A stretch of 31,508 nucleotides of DNA from Neovahlkampfia damariscottae (lineage: Eukaryota): assembly GCA_016618085.1 (NCBI GenBank), contig JABLTG010000023.1, positions 124,001 to 155,508 on the forward strand. Reading direction: 5' to 3'. Below the pieces are notes generated by a model. It searched no databases and was not told the origin of the DNA. It was given only the letters and a program-made list of their open reading frames with translations. This document shows, in pieces, positions 12,278-23,950 of the stretch. Every line of letters begins with the position of its first letter. The first letter of the stretch is position 1. Position numbers and translations under genes: made by a program.

Positions 12278-12364
12278 ATTAAAAACATTTATTTTTCAAA
12301 CTATTGAATTGTCAGAGAAAATTACTTTTTTTTTTTTTTTCCGCTTCAACGCGAGTTGGAATGT

Positions 12365-12876
12365 TTATTTTTTTATTTTTTCTATTAATTCTTTTGCTAA
12401 TTTTGATATTATTTTGAATCTTTCTGATCCAAGATGAATGTTACCATACCATCGAGTTACAATTACAATATGATGTTTCAATTGGTTTTTTTGAAGTAAA
12501 AATAATAATTGTTCAGATGCTCCTGATTCTCCATCATCTTCATTTTTTTCATGGATATTTCCAGCAGAATCCAAAAAACGAAATGCAAAAATGTTGTGAG
12601 TTGCTTTCAAAATTTTTTTATCTTCTTTTAATTGATTTAGGACTAAATTTACATCAGAAAGAGAATCAATTTCTGAGATATGTGCAATAAATTTACCTAA
12701 AAATTGAGTTAAAAAGATCTTTGAAAACTTTTTTTTGATGTGTATGGTTCTCCTTTCAAAATTGTTCTTTTTTCATTTTTGTTTCCTGAAAAATTTTTTT
12801 TGAGATTTTGAACAATTTTCATTTTTCTCTTTCTAATCAGCAGAAGATTCTTTGATTTTGTGAGTTGTTTTAGCAT
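12365..12876 (-). CDS. IMPACT/YigZ (UPF0029) family protein without an RWD domain
   Basis: KKSKFIAH, ATHNIFAFR, EDDGESGA and VTRWYGNIHLGSERF; one intron near 12697-12729; in-frame ATG at 12876. Confidence 0.88.
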
Positions 12877-13022
12877 TTCTGAAGAATTTCCATTTAGTCA
12901 AACAAAAATGATTGGAGAATTAGATCTATTTCCAAAAGATTTTTAAACTTGTTCTTCATGATCATGTAAAAAAATCCTTCTTTATTTTGTTATTATTTCA
13001 ATTTAAATTTAAAAAAGAAGTT

Positions 13023-13445
13023 TCATTTGAATTTGAAAACTAAATCCTTGTTTGGCACCCTATCAAAAAATAAATTATACTTTTTGGATTTCCAAATTAT
13101 TTCTTTATCATGTTGGATTTCAGGGTACCCATAAACGTAGTCAAGTGCAAATTTGTTGATTGAAACAACTTTCAACATGAATTGTTTGTCTTTTTTGAGT
13201 GACTCTGAAAGGTATACAAAATTCATGATACTGTATTCTATAGCCTTTAACATGAGTTCTTTGTCATTTTTTATTTCTTTTGGTGAGTGTTTCAATGAGT
13301 ATTCTCCAAATTTTAGTGCTTCTAAAACCAATTCTTTGTCTGAACGGAAATTGATGTTTTCATAAGTTAATAGGCTACCTGATTCTTCTTGTTGTATCCT
13401 GGTCAATAGTTTTTTTTTTTCTTCTTCAAATTGAGTTTCATCCAT
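13023..13445 (-). CDS. DUF4116-repeat protein
   Basis: Repeated D(K/R)E(L/F)(V/M)LxA...LxxxxxxLKxD units (SDKELVLEAL, NDKELMLKAI, KDKQFMLKVV). Confidence 0.8.
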   Translation of the reverse strand: MDETQFEEEKKKLLTRIQQEESGSLLTYENINFRSDKELVLEALKFGEYSLKHSPKEIKNDKELMLKAIEYSIMNFVYLSESLKKDKQFMLKVVSINKFALDYVYGYPEIQHDKEIIWKSKKYNLFFDRVPNKDLVFKFK

Positions 13446-13590
13446 TTCCAGTTGACCAATAGAAATTTTAACAAACAAAAATACAAGAATCTAAACTGAA
13501 AGCAGACTGTAACCAAAACTTGAAATTTCATAAAAGGATAGATCTATAAGATTACCAAAATTTCCAAATCTTACAAACTCGAATTTTTAT

Positions 13591-15458
13591 TCAATAGAAA
13601 TAAGAAAAGAAACCAGATTTCTTGACATCCATTTCCTTTATATCAAATGTTTTGATTTCTTCAGTTGCTTTTTTGATTCTATATTTCCACATTTGCTCAC
13701 GAGGATATCCTGAAAATTCTGTGCAACGAACAATATTCACATAGGAATCATCATAATTCTCTTCATTGAAATAAAAAGAAGACAATGAGTAATAAGCAGC
13801 AACTAACCAATGGTCCGCAGTTTTTGTTGTTTTACCTCTTAACGCGATGGCACTTTTTAATAACTCTTCTGCTTCTTTTTTCTTGTTAATACATAATAAA
13901 ATCGTTGCTTTAATAGTTTGATCTGAAAGATTGGTGAATTATTGTGAATTCTTACATGATAAAACTAAATCTAAATCTTCAGGTTTTGTCGAATCAAATG
14001 CTATTTTTTCTTTACAATATTTCATTTCAGTATCCAATAAGTATTCAGCGATATCAGGTTTCAATTTTTCAAAGAAATTGCGAAAAAACATAAATTCAAA
14101 GAGTATCATGATCAATCCCATTTTAGTATCTTCAATTTTTGAAAGGATTGGTATTTTATCAGATGCTAATTTCTAATTGGATCGAATAATTAGTGAATAA
14201 AACTTACAGAAGAAAAGTCTCCTTTCATTGAAATAAGACTTGTTATCATTTCTTTTGATTCTTCCATACGATCACAAATGGCATAACAAGAAGCCAATTC
14301 AAGTTTACACACAGCAAGACTTGGAAATGACTCGGCTTTGATTATTTTCTCCAAAAGCTCCGTTGCATGCTTCCAATCTGCTTTCATATAATAAGCATTT
14401 GCTAGCTCCCAAGTGATGAAATTTGGAGTTGCTCCATTATTTTCATATTGAGATATCAAATCTAAATAAGTTGGAATTGCACCATCAGGTTCACCAATAT
14501 GTTTCATACATAAGCCAGAAAAGAAAGTAGACAATGCTCCTTTTCTAAACAATAAATCAAATTGAGTTGATGTACTTTTTTCTTACGGATATTTTTTTTT
14601 TGATACTTTTGCAATGATCTCAGCTTGTTTCAATCTTTGTGGGTTTTTTTTGATTCCTGATGGAATATATAAATAAGAAACCATTAAAAAAGACATTGCC
14701 CAACCCTCATGCAATCCATTATTTTTTCTTACATCTTCCATATATTCAATTCCAGATTCTAAAAAAATTTTTTTTTTCAAATTGAAAATTATTACCTGCA
14801 TCACCAACATAACCAAAAACAGATAGAATTGATTGAATTGAAGGATATGGAATCAAAGAAATCATATAATAAAAAATACCCATTCCAAATTTCAAGTTTA
14901 AAAGTATTTCCGGATGTAAACTATTTCCATTTTCTTTTTTTTCTTCTTCTGAGTGAATTTTGAAATTTCTGTCATAAATTTTAAAAGCTTTGTTTATATT
15001 CCAAGCTGCAGAAACATATTCCTTGAAGATTAAATTACCAATTCCTTTAACTAATATACAATCAGCTTCAACCTTTTTTTTAATGATTTTTCAATTGCTT
15101 TTCTTACAATGTTTATTGCTATTTTCCATTGTTTTATCAACTCTTCATTTTTGGAGTTGAACTTTTTTCCTAAAGTTTTTTTTAAATACTCCGTGAGAGT
15201 TTCATCTGTATATTGAATATTATAGGCAAATGTTTCAGCCATTTTACAATATTTTAAAGCCCTGTCTCTGTCTTTTTGATTTTCTGCAATCAAACCGTTG
15301 ATCAAATACATTTCACTTAAAATATAACAAGAAAAAGGACAATAGTCCTCTTTTGGTTCTAATATCGTTTTACATTTTTCATATTCACTGTTATATAAAT
15401 GATCAAGACTTTGAGTTATAAATTGAGGATAAAATTTCTTCTTGTTTTTATCACTCAT
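13591..15458 (-). CDS. TTC39/Iml2-like TPR protein (multi-exon)
   Basis: FGMGIFLYMISLIP...ILSVFGYVGD..SGIEY, KKYPKGAL and WELANAYYMKADW match the TTC39/DUF3808 pattern; short GT-AG introns join the ORF pieces. Confidence 0.75.
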
Positions 15459-15535
15459 CTTGATTGAAACGTTTGATTGGTGGAATGAAAAAGATTGTTT
15501 TAAAGAAGTGTGATCAATATTAGACCAAAATCTCT

Positions 15536-16252
15536 TTATTCTTTAATTTCCTCCATTGTTTCAACATCAATTACTTTAAGAAAATATTTTGGATCAATTA
15601 AACCTTTTTCACCAACTCCAGGAGATAGAATAACTCCATTTTCCGATTTATAAAATTTAATTCCATCTTTTAATGCTTTATCTAAATCTAAATAAATTAA
15701 AACTTCACATGTTTTTCTCATTCCTGAAATGACACCTGAAAAATTTTTGTGTTAAAAATTGTTTTTTTTTCTTTACCTGATTCACCTGGTAGTCCAATTG
15801 CAAAGTGAATATGTTGTCTTTTCATTTTACAAAGTCCTTCTTTTGAAATATTTTTAAGTGCTTCATAATAAGTTCCATGAACACAAACATCGATTTTTGT
15901 GTCTGTTGTAATTTCCTCCATGGATATTTCAATTCCTTCCATGGAATGTCCTTGATTTGCTCTGATATACATTTTTCCATCTTCTTTTATTATTTTGAAT
16001 CTTTGTTTGTCGTTATCTTGGACTAGTTCTTGAATATCTTCAAATTTTAAATTTTGGAATTTTTTCATTGATAATAAATCATCTATTAAAACATATCCAT
16101 CTTTTCTGATTTTTAATCCTTCTTTTATCTTTTGACTTTTAAATTTTTTTTTTTTTTACTGCTCCATGTCTGAGGAGAAATGAAATTGCCTTTGAGTGTT
16201 GGACTACTTTTGAAATAGGTTTTTTTTTCTGTTTTTTAATTTTGTCGGACAT
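15536..16252 (-). CDS. TPT1: tRNA 2'-phosphotransferase Tpt1/KptA (3 exons)
   Basis: SKAISFLLRHGA, DKQRF, IRANQGHS, VHGT, MKRQHIHFA, SGMRK and SENGVILSPG. Confidence 0.95.
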
Positions 16253-16289
16253 GATGTACGTTTCAGTTTCTTTGTTGAAGAAAATACTT

Positions 16290-16450
16290 CCAATTGGATA
16301 AGAAAATCAATTCTAAAATTGAAATTGGTGAACAATAGTTTCCGTTGTAGATTAATTTATTATCTTTTTGTTTTCTTTCTTCCAGTTTTAGATGTTATTG
16401 TTCGATCCAAATTTGGTTCTAATCATTCTTCACTTTCTTTTTTGTCCAAT
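16290..16450. promoter_or_regulatory. Bidirectional promoter with CCAAT boxes (TPT1 / orphan gene)
   Basis: CCAATTGG at 16290-16297, ATTGG at 16324 and CCAAT at 16446 lie between divergent ATGs; the motif recurs before nearly all genes. Confidence 0.6.
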
Positions 16451-16496
16451 CAGCAGTTTTAAAACCAAATTCAGATACAAAACACAAATTCAAAAC

Positions 16497-16844
16497 ATGG
16501 GGAAACAACAAATAATTATAGAAACAAATGAAACAAATCCAATATTTGAGGAAAAACACAACAAAATCTACAGGAAAGAAGTCACAATCACAGGAGAGTC
16601 CAATCTCATTGAATCAGTGTCCAACAAGAAATATGTTTCCAATTTATTGCGTGCATTGGAAGAAAAGCTTCAAGAACTACAAGAATTTAAAGAAGTCACC
16701 ATAACAATCAAAGTTAACAAAAAAGTTGATCACTGTTCGAACATCCAAATTTTTGATGGATCAGAGGAAGTAGTGTGGAATGATGACGAAAGTTCACTTT
16801 TAACATGCTCACCAGAAAATGCTGTTGACGATTGGGAATGGTAA
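16497..16844 (+). CDS. Hypothetical 115-aa protein
   Basis: Open frame with A-rich sense composition like the neighbouring genes; CCAAT at 16446 precedes the ATG at 16497; no recognisable domain. Confidence 0.6.
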   Translation: MGKQQIIIETNETNPIFEEKHNKIYRKEVTITGESNLIESVSNKKYVSNLLRALEEKLQELQEFKEVTITIKVNKKVDHCSNIQIFDGSEEVVWNDDESSLLTCSPENAVDDWEW

Positions 16845-16871
16845 TTTCTTCAATAAAATTATTGTAAAAAT

Positions 16872-19800
16872 TTACTCCTTCCATTGAAAAAAATCACATT
16901 GCCCATCTTTCAAAGCACATTTAAAAAACTCTCTCCCAGCATTTTGTCCATTTTTACAAGTCAAAAGAACAGCCTTTTTGTTATGCTTACAAATTGGAAT
17001 TTCATTCTTTTTCTTTTTTTGATCATTGAATTTTCTTGGTTCCAATTCATTTCTCTTTCCTAAAACTCTTGTGCTGCTGTTTGAATTAGATGAAATGACA
17101 GATCTTGTGTTTGATTTATTATGAATAACTACATTGCTAGTTGGTAGTTTGTAAATACTCATTAATTGAAATTCAGATAATGGTGATGGACAACAGATAC
17201 ATGTTGTTAATTTCAAAGGAATCAAATACGGAACTGAAGAAATGTTAATCAATTTGAAAATTACATACCTTTTCCTTGAATAAATTCAAATTTCAATTTT
17301 TTGATATTTTTATGTTTATCACAATATTCATTTGAAATTGAAATATCTTTGGCATCAGGCAACCATAGTGTTTCTGATTTACACCCTTTATAATTTTTGC
17401 ATGAAATAGTATATTTGTTACTTTTCAATAATTTCAAAATCAAATTATTACCACATGCATCACATTTTGCAAAGACTTCTTCTTTAGTTGATAATACACA
17501 GGATTTTTCATTACAGTTGAAACATTTAAATTGACCTTGTAAATTTTCTATCTGGGAAATATTAGGAATGAAAAAAGACAATGTATTACATCATTTTGTT
17601 GTTTTGGCGGATTATTTGTACAATAAGGACAAACATAATAAGTTGTATTTTTTGATTCATTTAACACTGAAACAACTTGATAATTACACAAAGGACATTG
17701 ATGATTATATGGTTTCAAAGTACCATCTAAACAGAATTAAATAATAAATTCATTTACATTTTGGAAGAACATGAGATTCTTTACAAGATGTACAAAATGC
17801 AAAATTTGTATCTCCTGAACTTTTCAATTGCATTGTTCCTTGACATTTTCCACATTTCGAAAAATAATTTTTTATAATTGCACTGCTAGTCAAAGAGGTT
17901 CCAATTTGATCAAAATACTTGTTCATTGTTTCATCCAGTTTTTCATATTTCTGAATTAATTCTTTGAAGACAGCTAAAAATTAAGTTGAAATTTAAAATT
18001 ACCTTTATACATTTCAACATTTTCATATAAAATCAACTTTGAATCTTTTCCACGTGATATTGACTTCATATCCAATTCCACTTAACGTTTTTAATGAAAA
18101 ATTGAAAGATTACTTTTCGCTCTTAAATTTGGTTTTGATAAAGAAATATCCATTGAATCATAACCTTGAATTAATGCTAATCCTAATTTTGTTGGTACAT
18201 AAACATTTTCTTGCTTGATTGTATATTCTCTGTCAGTGATATTTTTAATATGTTGAGAAATGGTAGCATCTGTTCCTATTTGATTTTTATCCATTGTAGA
18301 AATTAAATTTTCTTCTGATAAAAGAGGAGGAGCTCTGGTTTTCTCTTCTTTCATTAATAATGCAGTTGGAAGAAAAACTTCATTTTCTTCGAACAAAGGT
18401 AATGATTTGTCGGTCCATTTATCATAAACATAAATATTCAAATAATTTAATTCCTTGATCATCAATCCACTAGTTGTGAAAATTTCAGAAGCAATATCAA
18501 TGGTGATGATGGTTTCATAACCAATTCCATCATTAGAACAACAAGCCAAAAAATGACGACAAATCAATTCATAAACACCCTTTTCTTTTCCATTTAAATT
18601 AGTTACGGATTTTGTTGGTGAAATTGGAGGATGTGCTTTATCATCATCTTTTCCTTGTTTTGGTTGAACGAATTTATCATCTTCCAATAATGTTTTGCTG
18701 TATTCTGAAAAATCGGGATGCAAAAGAGTTACTTCTTTAATCATTTTTTTCAATTCATCACTTGAGGCATGAAATATATTTGTTTCTCTTTTTGAATTTA
18801 AGATAAAAATATATCCAATTCTTACGTTCTTGGGTATGAAATAAATCCTTGATTATATAACTTTTCAGCAATCTCCATTGTTTGATGAGCACTTAAATTC
18901 AATTTTCTAGCAGCTAATTTTTGTAATTCAACTGTATTCATTGGATAAGGTCTCCATTTTCTTTTTTCTTTTTTTTCGATTCTGATAACTTTTGCATTTG
19001 GATTTTCCAATAACATTTCATATAAAACAACACAACATTGTTTATCAAATAATCTTTTTCTCTTCCATTGAAAAATTGATTTTTTTTTGTCTTTTTCATA
19101 TTCACAAAAGATGTACCAATAATTTTCACTGACAAAATTTTCCTTCTTTAAATATCTTTCAACAATAAATCCTAATGTTGGAAATTGACAACTTCCATAA
19201 CTAATAACACCCTCTGGTAATCCTTCAAATTTTCTTTTCAATTTAGTTGTTTGAAATCGTGTGAATGAAGCTCCAATTCTTAAATCAATTTCTCTTCTGG
19301 CATCAACAGCCAAAGAATCATTTTTATTTGGTGAAACTAAATTATTCATTGCATTTACAATAGATCTTTGAAATATTAATTTTTTTGAGGTTTTTACCTG
19401 TTTGTCATATCTGAAAATTTTGCTCTTTTTACAGTCAAGTATTTGTTAGCTTTTTGACAACAATCAATAACTTCACTAAAAGGATGAATAATTCTTATTT
19501 TTACAAGGCTATATTTTCTCCTTCTCTATCACAATCTAACCATAAAACAAGTTGTTGACATTTTTTTGCCTCAATTCTTAAAGTTTCGGCGATTAATTTT
19601 GAATTCTGAATTAGAATGATAAATTAGAATACAAGATTTACTTCTGGAACAAATTTTACGATTGGAGCTTCAAAAAGTTGAACTGGATCACAAGAACCCC
19701 ATTGACGAAAATTGTCTTCAAAATCCATATCATAAAGATGTCCTGATACGCTTGTAAAAACCATGTCGTTATTTTTATATTTGAATTCATAAATAGAGTT

Positions 19801-19963
19801 ATATTTTGATTTGCCTGGTCTTCTTTGAGCTTGGTTGTTTGATAGAATTCCAGAAATTTTTTTTGCTTTTTATTTGAGTTGAATTTATTGTTTACCTGCA
19901 TCTGGCTTTTCAGCGACATGCAAAATCTAATTTTTTAAATTTTTTTTTTTGTTTTACTTTCAT
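16872..19963 (-). CDS. TOP3A: DNA topoisomerase III alpha (many exons)
   Basis: [48 protein letters not shown], catalytic [22 protein letters not shown], zinc ribbons, and a terminal GRF zinc finger (NAGREFFKC...CDFFQW). Confidence 0.95.
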
Positions 19964-20445
19964 CCTTCTTGGGTTGGAGTTTTGTTTCTTTTTGATTGGA
20001 GCATTTTTTCTCGGAATTTCCTTTTCTCAGAAGAAATAATTTTTCTATTTCACTACAATGCAGAACTTTTGATTAAATGAGACATGATGTTGGAGGATAT
20101 TCTTTACTTTTTGTGACAATTATTTTGATGGTTTATTCAATGAACTTCAATTATAACCGCCATTTCTCAAGATTATATAACTGCGATTAGTACATGACAG
20201 AGAGGGTATTGATCAAATCAGAAATCAAAAATGAAAAAGTTCAGATAAAAATCCCAAAAATTTCACTGACAACAACCAAGCTGAATAGTGAAAAGGTCTC
20301 AAATAATTCAACCAATCTTGTGGAATTGTTTAACTGCTGATTTACATGAAAATAACATTCTAATTCCACAAAATGGGATTGTCCAATCATATAGTTTTGA
20401 AAAATCAAATAATTCTCATTGGCAAATTCTTCAATCTTCTCAAAG

Positions 20446-21069
20446 ATGAGTCTGTTCATCTTCAGAAAAATCGTAACTCCAAAATATTTACGTCCTTTTT
20501 ACATCAATGAACTTCTCCACACATCAAATATCGTTCCATTGAAGAAATTGATCAAAACACAAGATCAAATGAAGTTTGACTTAAAAAAACAAATTGCTTT
20601 CGATAAAAGTTTGTTAAAGAAGTTTCAATTGTTCAAAAAAACACCAAAAATATTCACAAGAATCAAGGAAAACCAATATTCAATCGAAGTGGAACTCCCA
20701 ATTCCCCTTCAAAGAAAAAACTTACAGTTGAAGGTTGATTCAGAAAAAAAATCTATGGTCTTGAAAATTTCAACCGATGTTGGCAGTTCAAAAAACTATA
20801 CTCAAAAAATAATGTTACCTGATGATGTTTCTTACGATGGAATTGAAGCTAAAATGAATAATCAAGGAAAGTTGAATATTTCAATTCAAAGAAAATTATC
20901 AACCATTGAAACAGTATCCAAAGAATTCTATGAACAATATCAACTTCAATTTGATATTTTAAGCAATATGGGATTCAAAGATAGAGATTTGATTTCAAAA
21001 TTGATCAAAAAACATAAAGGAGATATTCATGCAATTGTTCCAGATTACATCAAAACTTCATTGAAATAA
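20446..21069 (+). CDS. Small heat-shock (HSP20/alpha-crystallin) domain plus C-terminal UBA domain protein
   Basis: YSIEVELP...LKVD...YTQKIMLPDDVSYDGIEAKMNNQGKLNISIQR (HSP20 fold), followed by YQLQFDILSNMGFKDRDLISKLIKKHKGDIHAIV (UBA with MGF loop). Confidence 0.75.
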   Translation: MSLFIFRKIVTPKYLRPFYINELLHTSNIVPLKKLIKTQDQMKFDLKKQIAFDKSLLKKFQLFKKTPKIFTRIKENQYSIEVELPIPLQRKNLQLKVDSEKKSMVLKISTDVGSSKNYTQKIMLPDDVSYDGIEAKMNNQGKLNISIQRKLSTIETVSKEFYEQYQLQFDILSNMGFKDRDLISKLIKKHKGDIHAIVPDYIKTSLK

Positions 21070-23919
21070 ATTGATATCTGTTTTGTTTAGATTTTGTTTT
21101 CTTTTTCTTTTTCTTTTTGGAAAATCATTTTCAGTCAATAAATATTCATCTTCTTGGACAAATCTATTTTCGTCCAAGCATGCTTTCATCCAAAGTCTAT
21201 TCACAATTTTACTATTCGGACATGAAAAAAATAATGTTCGAAGATTCGTATTTCCGTCCACTACAATATGTGTCACATTCTCTGTTGCTTCTTTCGATAC
21301 ATCTCCACCTAAATAACGAAATTTTTGTTCAAGAAAATGAAGTGCATTATTTGACAGTGGAAAATCTTGTTTTCCAACGTACTTGTATCGATCAAAATAA
21401 ATACACAAGTGAGAGATCCAACCCTCGGATACCAAATTTTCCTTTTTAAACTGTTTGATCAATGAAATTGATTTTTCTTCCTTTTTCAATTCTTCAACTT
21501 TTTTCAATGATTTTTTTAACGAATCTATTGATGCATCTTCAAAGAAATGATCTTCAAATTCATCCATGAGTTCGTCAAAAAGTTTTTGAGTTTTTTTGGA
21601 GGTATATATCATGTATTTTGGATGCAAGTCAACAATTCTTTTTTTTCTAATGCAATCTTGAATCCATTCATATTTTAAAACATCAAGATAGTCATAAGGA
21701 TTCTTTTTACTTTTGCATTGTTTGATCCAATTTTGGATTTTGATATTTTGATTAGAAATGATAAATTTTGTTTTTTGGGTTGGATTTTTAACAATGTTTC
21801 CTTCATGTTGAAGAATTGATTCTTCTATTTTGGAATTTTGAGAAAACAAACAAAATTCAATGTTCAAAAATAAAGAAGATAACTTAATTTCTTCTTTGGT
21901 TTCAGTTGGAATAAATTGAATTTTCTTTTTATGTCCAGCAATGGAAGAGGAGTTCTTTTGCAATTCCAACAACTCTTGGAATCCTGGTTCATCTAAGCAA
22001 TCTTCCAAATTTTTGTCTGTTCGAATTTGAACGACTCTTGGAAATCTCAAAGTGTAATTTGCTTTGAAAGAAGTTGAAGGAATGATCGAAAATGCTTTGA
22101 TTTCCAGTACAACAGAATTTTTGGGATCAATATAAAAATCTAAAGATTTAAGATAAAATTCTTAGTACCTGGAATTTCAGAACTACCTGGAATCCATTGG
22201 GGAAAATAACTTTGTCTATATTTCCTCCAATGTGATTCCAATTTTGATTGTAATATTGTCAATTCACTGTTGGTGTATCCACTGAATATGAGTACAAATA
22301 ATGAATGTTTTACCTCCCAACTTTGCAAAATGGAATGAAAGAGTCCTCTTTTTTATATCCTAATAAGAAATGTGAAATTGATTTCTTTTGAAATTTTGTT
22401 CCATAATAACCTCCGATTATCATTAAATCCAAAGTGTCTCCAACAGAAATTTGATGATCAGGCTTAAATTTCAACCAATTTTTACTTCTTTCTCCTGGTA
22501 TATATTCAGAATCCAAATCTTTGATCATGATTCCTTCATCTCTATTTAAAATAGCTTCTTCCAAACGATCACTTGAAATGTGAGAGATAGAAAAAACTAA
22601 CAGAATTTGTTGCTCGGAAGCAATTTTAGTTTGCTCTGTGAGTTCCAATTTGTGTTCTTTTTGATTTAATAAAATCAAATTTACCAGTTTGAATGACAAT
22701 TTTTTGAAGAGTTTTCCTTCTTTCAAATAATGTACAATTTGTCAAATCTTTCCCATTTAAAAATAAAACATCAAAAATTTGATCTAAAAAATGAATTAGA
22801 CAAAAAAAACTTACAACAAAAATCTTCATTTTGCTCCAACGTTCTTTGGTTTCCAAACTCTTTAAATCTTCCAAATTTCTCATTCCAAACCATCATTTCT
22901 CCATCTATGATATAATTTTCACCTTTGATTTGTTTTGAAAGCATTGAATTCAAGCAATCATAATGTTCTGTAAAATTGGTACCATTTCTTGTAATATACA
23001 TATATTTCCCTTTATCCTTGTGAACCATGATTCTTTCACCATCAAATTTCTTCTCCATAATCATATTTTTTGATGAAATAGTTTGAAATTTAAGATAATG
23101 TGTTGCTAACATTGGTTTAACAGAAGAAAAAATTTTCAAATTCTTTTCATTGTCTATAATAAAAAAAAATCAATTCAAAATTTAACATACAAATAAATTT
23201 TGGATCCTGACATTTCATGCAAACTTCTTTGAGATCTGTGCACTCATTATACAATTTTTCGGCTGCTGGATGAAATGCTTTCATTATGGAGGTGAAGTTG
23301 ATTTTCATATCTTTCAAAATGATACGAATCAACCATTTTTGTTCAATGGCAGTTGTTGCTTTAAATATTTCTTTCAATAGCTGTTTTTTTTCATTCATTC
23401 TATTTTTTTTTTGACCTATTTTTTTTCTTACGTTTCTTTCATACATAAATCATCTAAATATTCATTTAATTCATGAACTGTTAATTTTCTATTTTCTTTC
23501 CATCCTCTTTCTGTCAATATTGAATGGATTGTGTCAGAAAAATTTGTTAAGTCTGATTTCTTTGAATAATTTGGATTTTTCCATTCTAATATTCTTTTGG
23601 CTGTGGAAGTATTTTTTAATCCAAGAAAATCAACGTAGATGGATCCAATTTTTTTTTCTTGAAGTCCATAAGTTCGTGTTTTGTCTAATGATGGACCTAT
23701 AAAATTAAAGTTGAAAAAATTACAAAATAATCTCATGTATGGGTACAAATCAATTTTAGAGTATTTTTTCCAAAAGTTCTCAAAATACTCCATTTTTTTT
23801 TGGCTTTTTGTTGTTTCAGCTTTGATGATGGTTATATTAGTTTAAGACTTACTGATTTTCTCTAACATTGTAGAAATGTATTTGAAACTGACTTTTGGTT
23901 CGTCTACTTCTTCATTCAT
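21058..23919 (-). CDS. LIG4: DNA ligase IV (NHEJ; multi-exon)
   Basis: EQKWLIRIILKD, FHPAA, adenylation motif EKKFDGER, IDGEM, EGIMIKD, WLKFKPD, LDLMIIGGYYG, RFPRV, and two BRCT domains separated by an acidic linker like the XRCC4-binding region. Confidence 0.93.
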
Positions 23920-23950
23920 CGAACTACGCCAAATAATCAAGAGGTTTGTG

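Noticed and set aside
20051..20250. Frame with six in-frame TGA codons and no TAA/TAG (selenoprotein or TGA=Trp insert?)
   Set aside because: No recognisable protein or SECIS; it is explained as the shifted shadow of NTG-A codon pairs in the adjacent frame.
19970..20440. snRNA, snoRNA or tRNA in the long spacer
   Set aside because: ACAGAGAG and a short TAATCGC/GCGGTTA stem are present, but there is no U6 context, box C/D pair or cloverleaf.
21071..21449. Plus-strand ORFs 21071-21316 and 21117-21449, and similar short antisense ORFs elsewhere
   Set aside because: They are antisense to well-supported genes, F/S-rich, mostly lack ATG starts, and show no motifs.
4825..23919. Functional cluster of DNA-metabolism genes (SMC4-like, TOP3A, LIG4) or RNA-processing genes (LSM4, PABPN1, TPT1)
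   Set aside because: They are interspersed with unrelated genes on both strands; chance in a compact genome is sufficient without synteny data.
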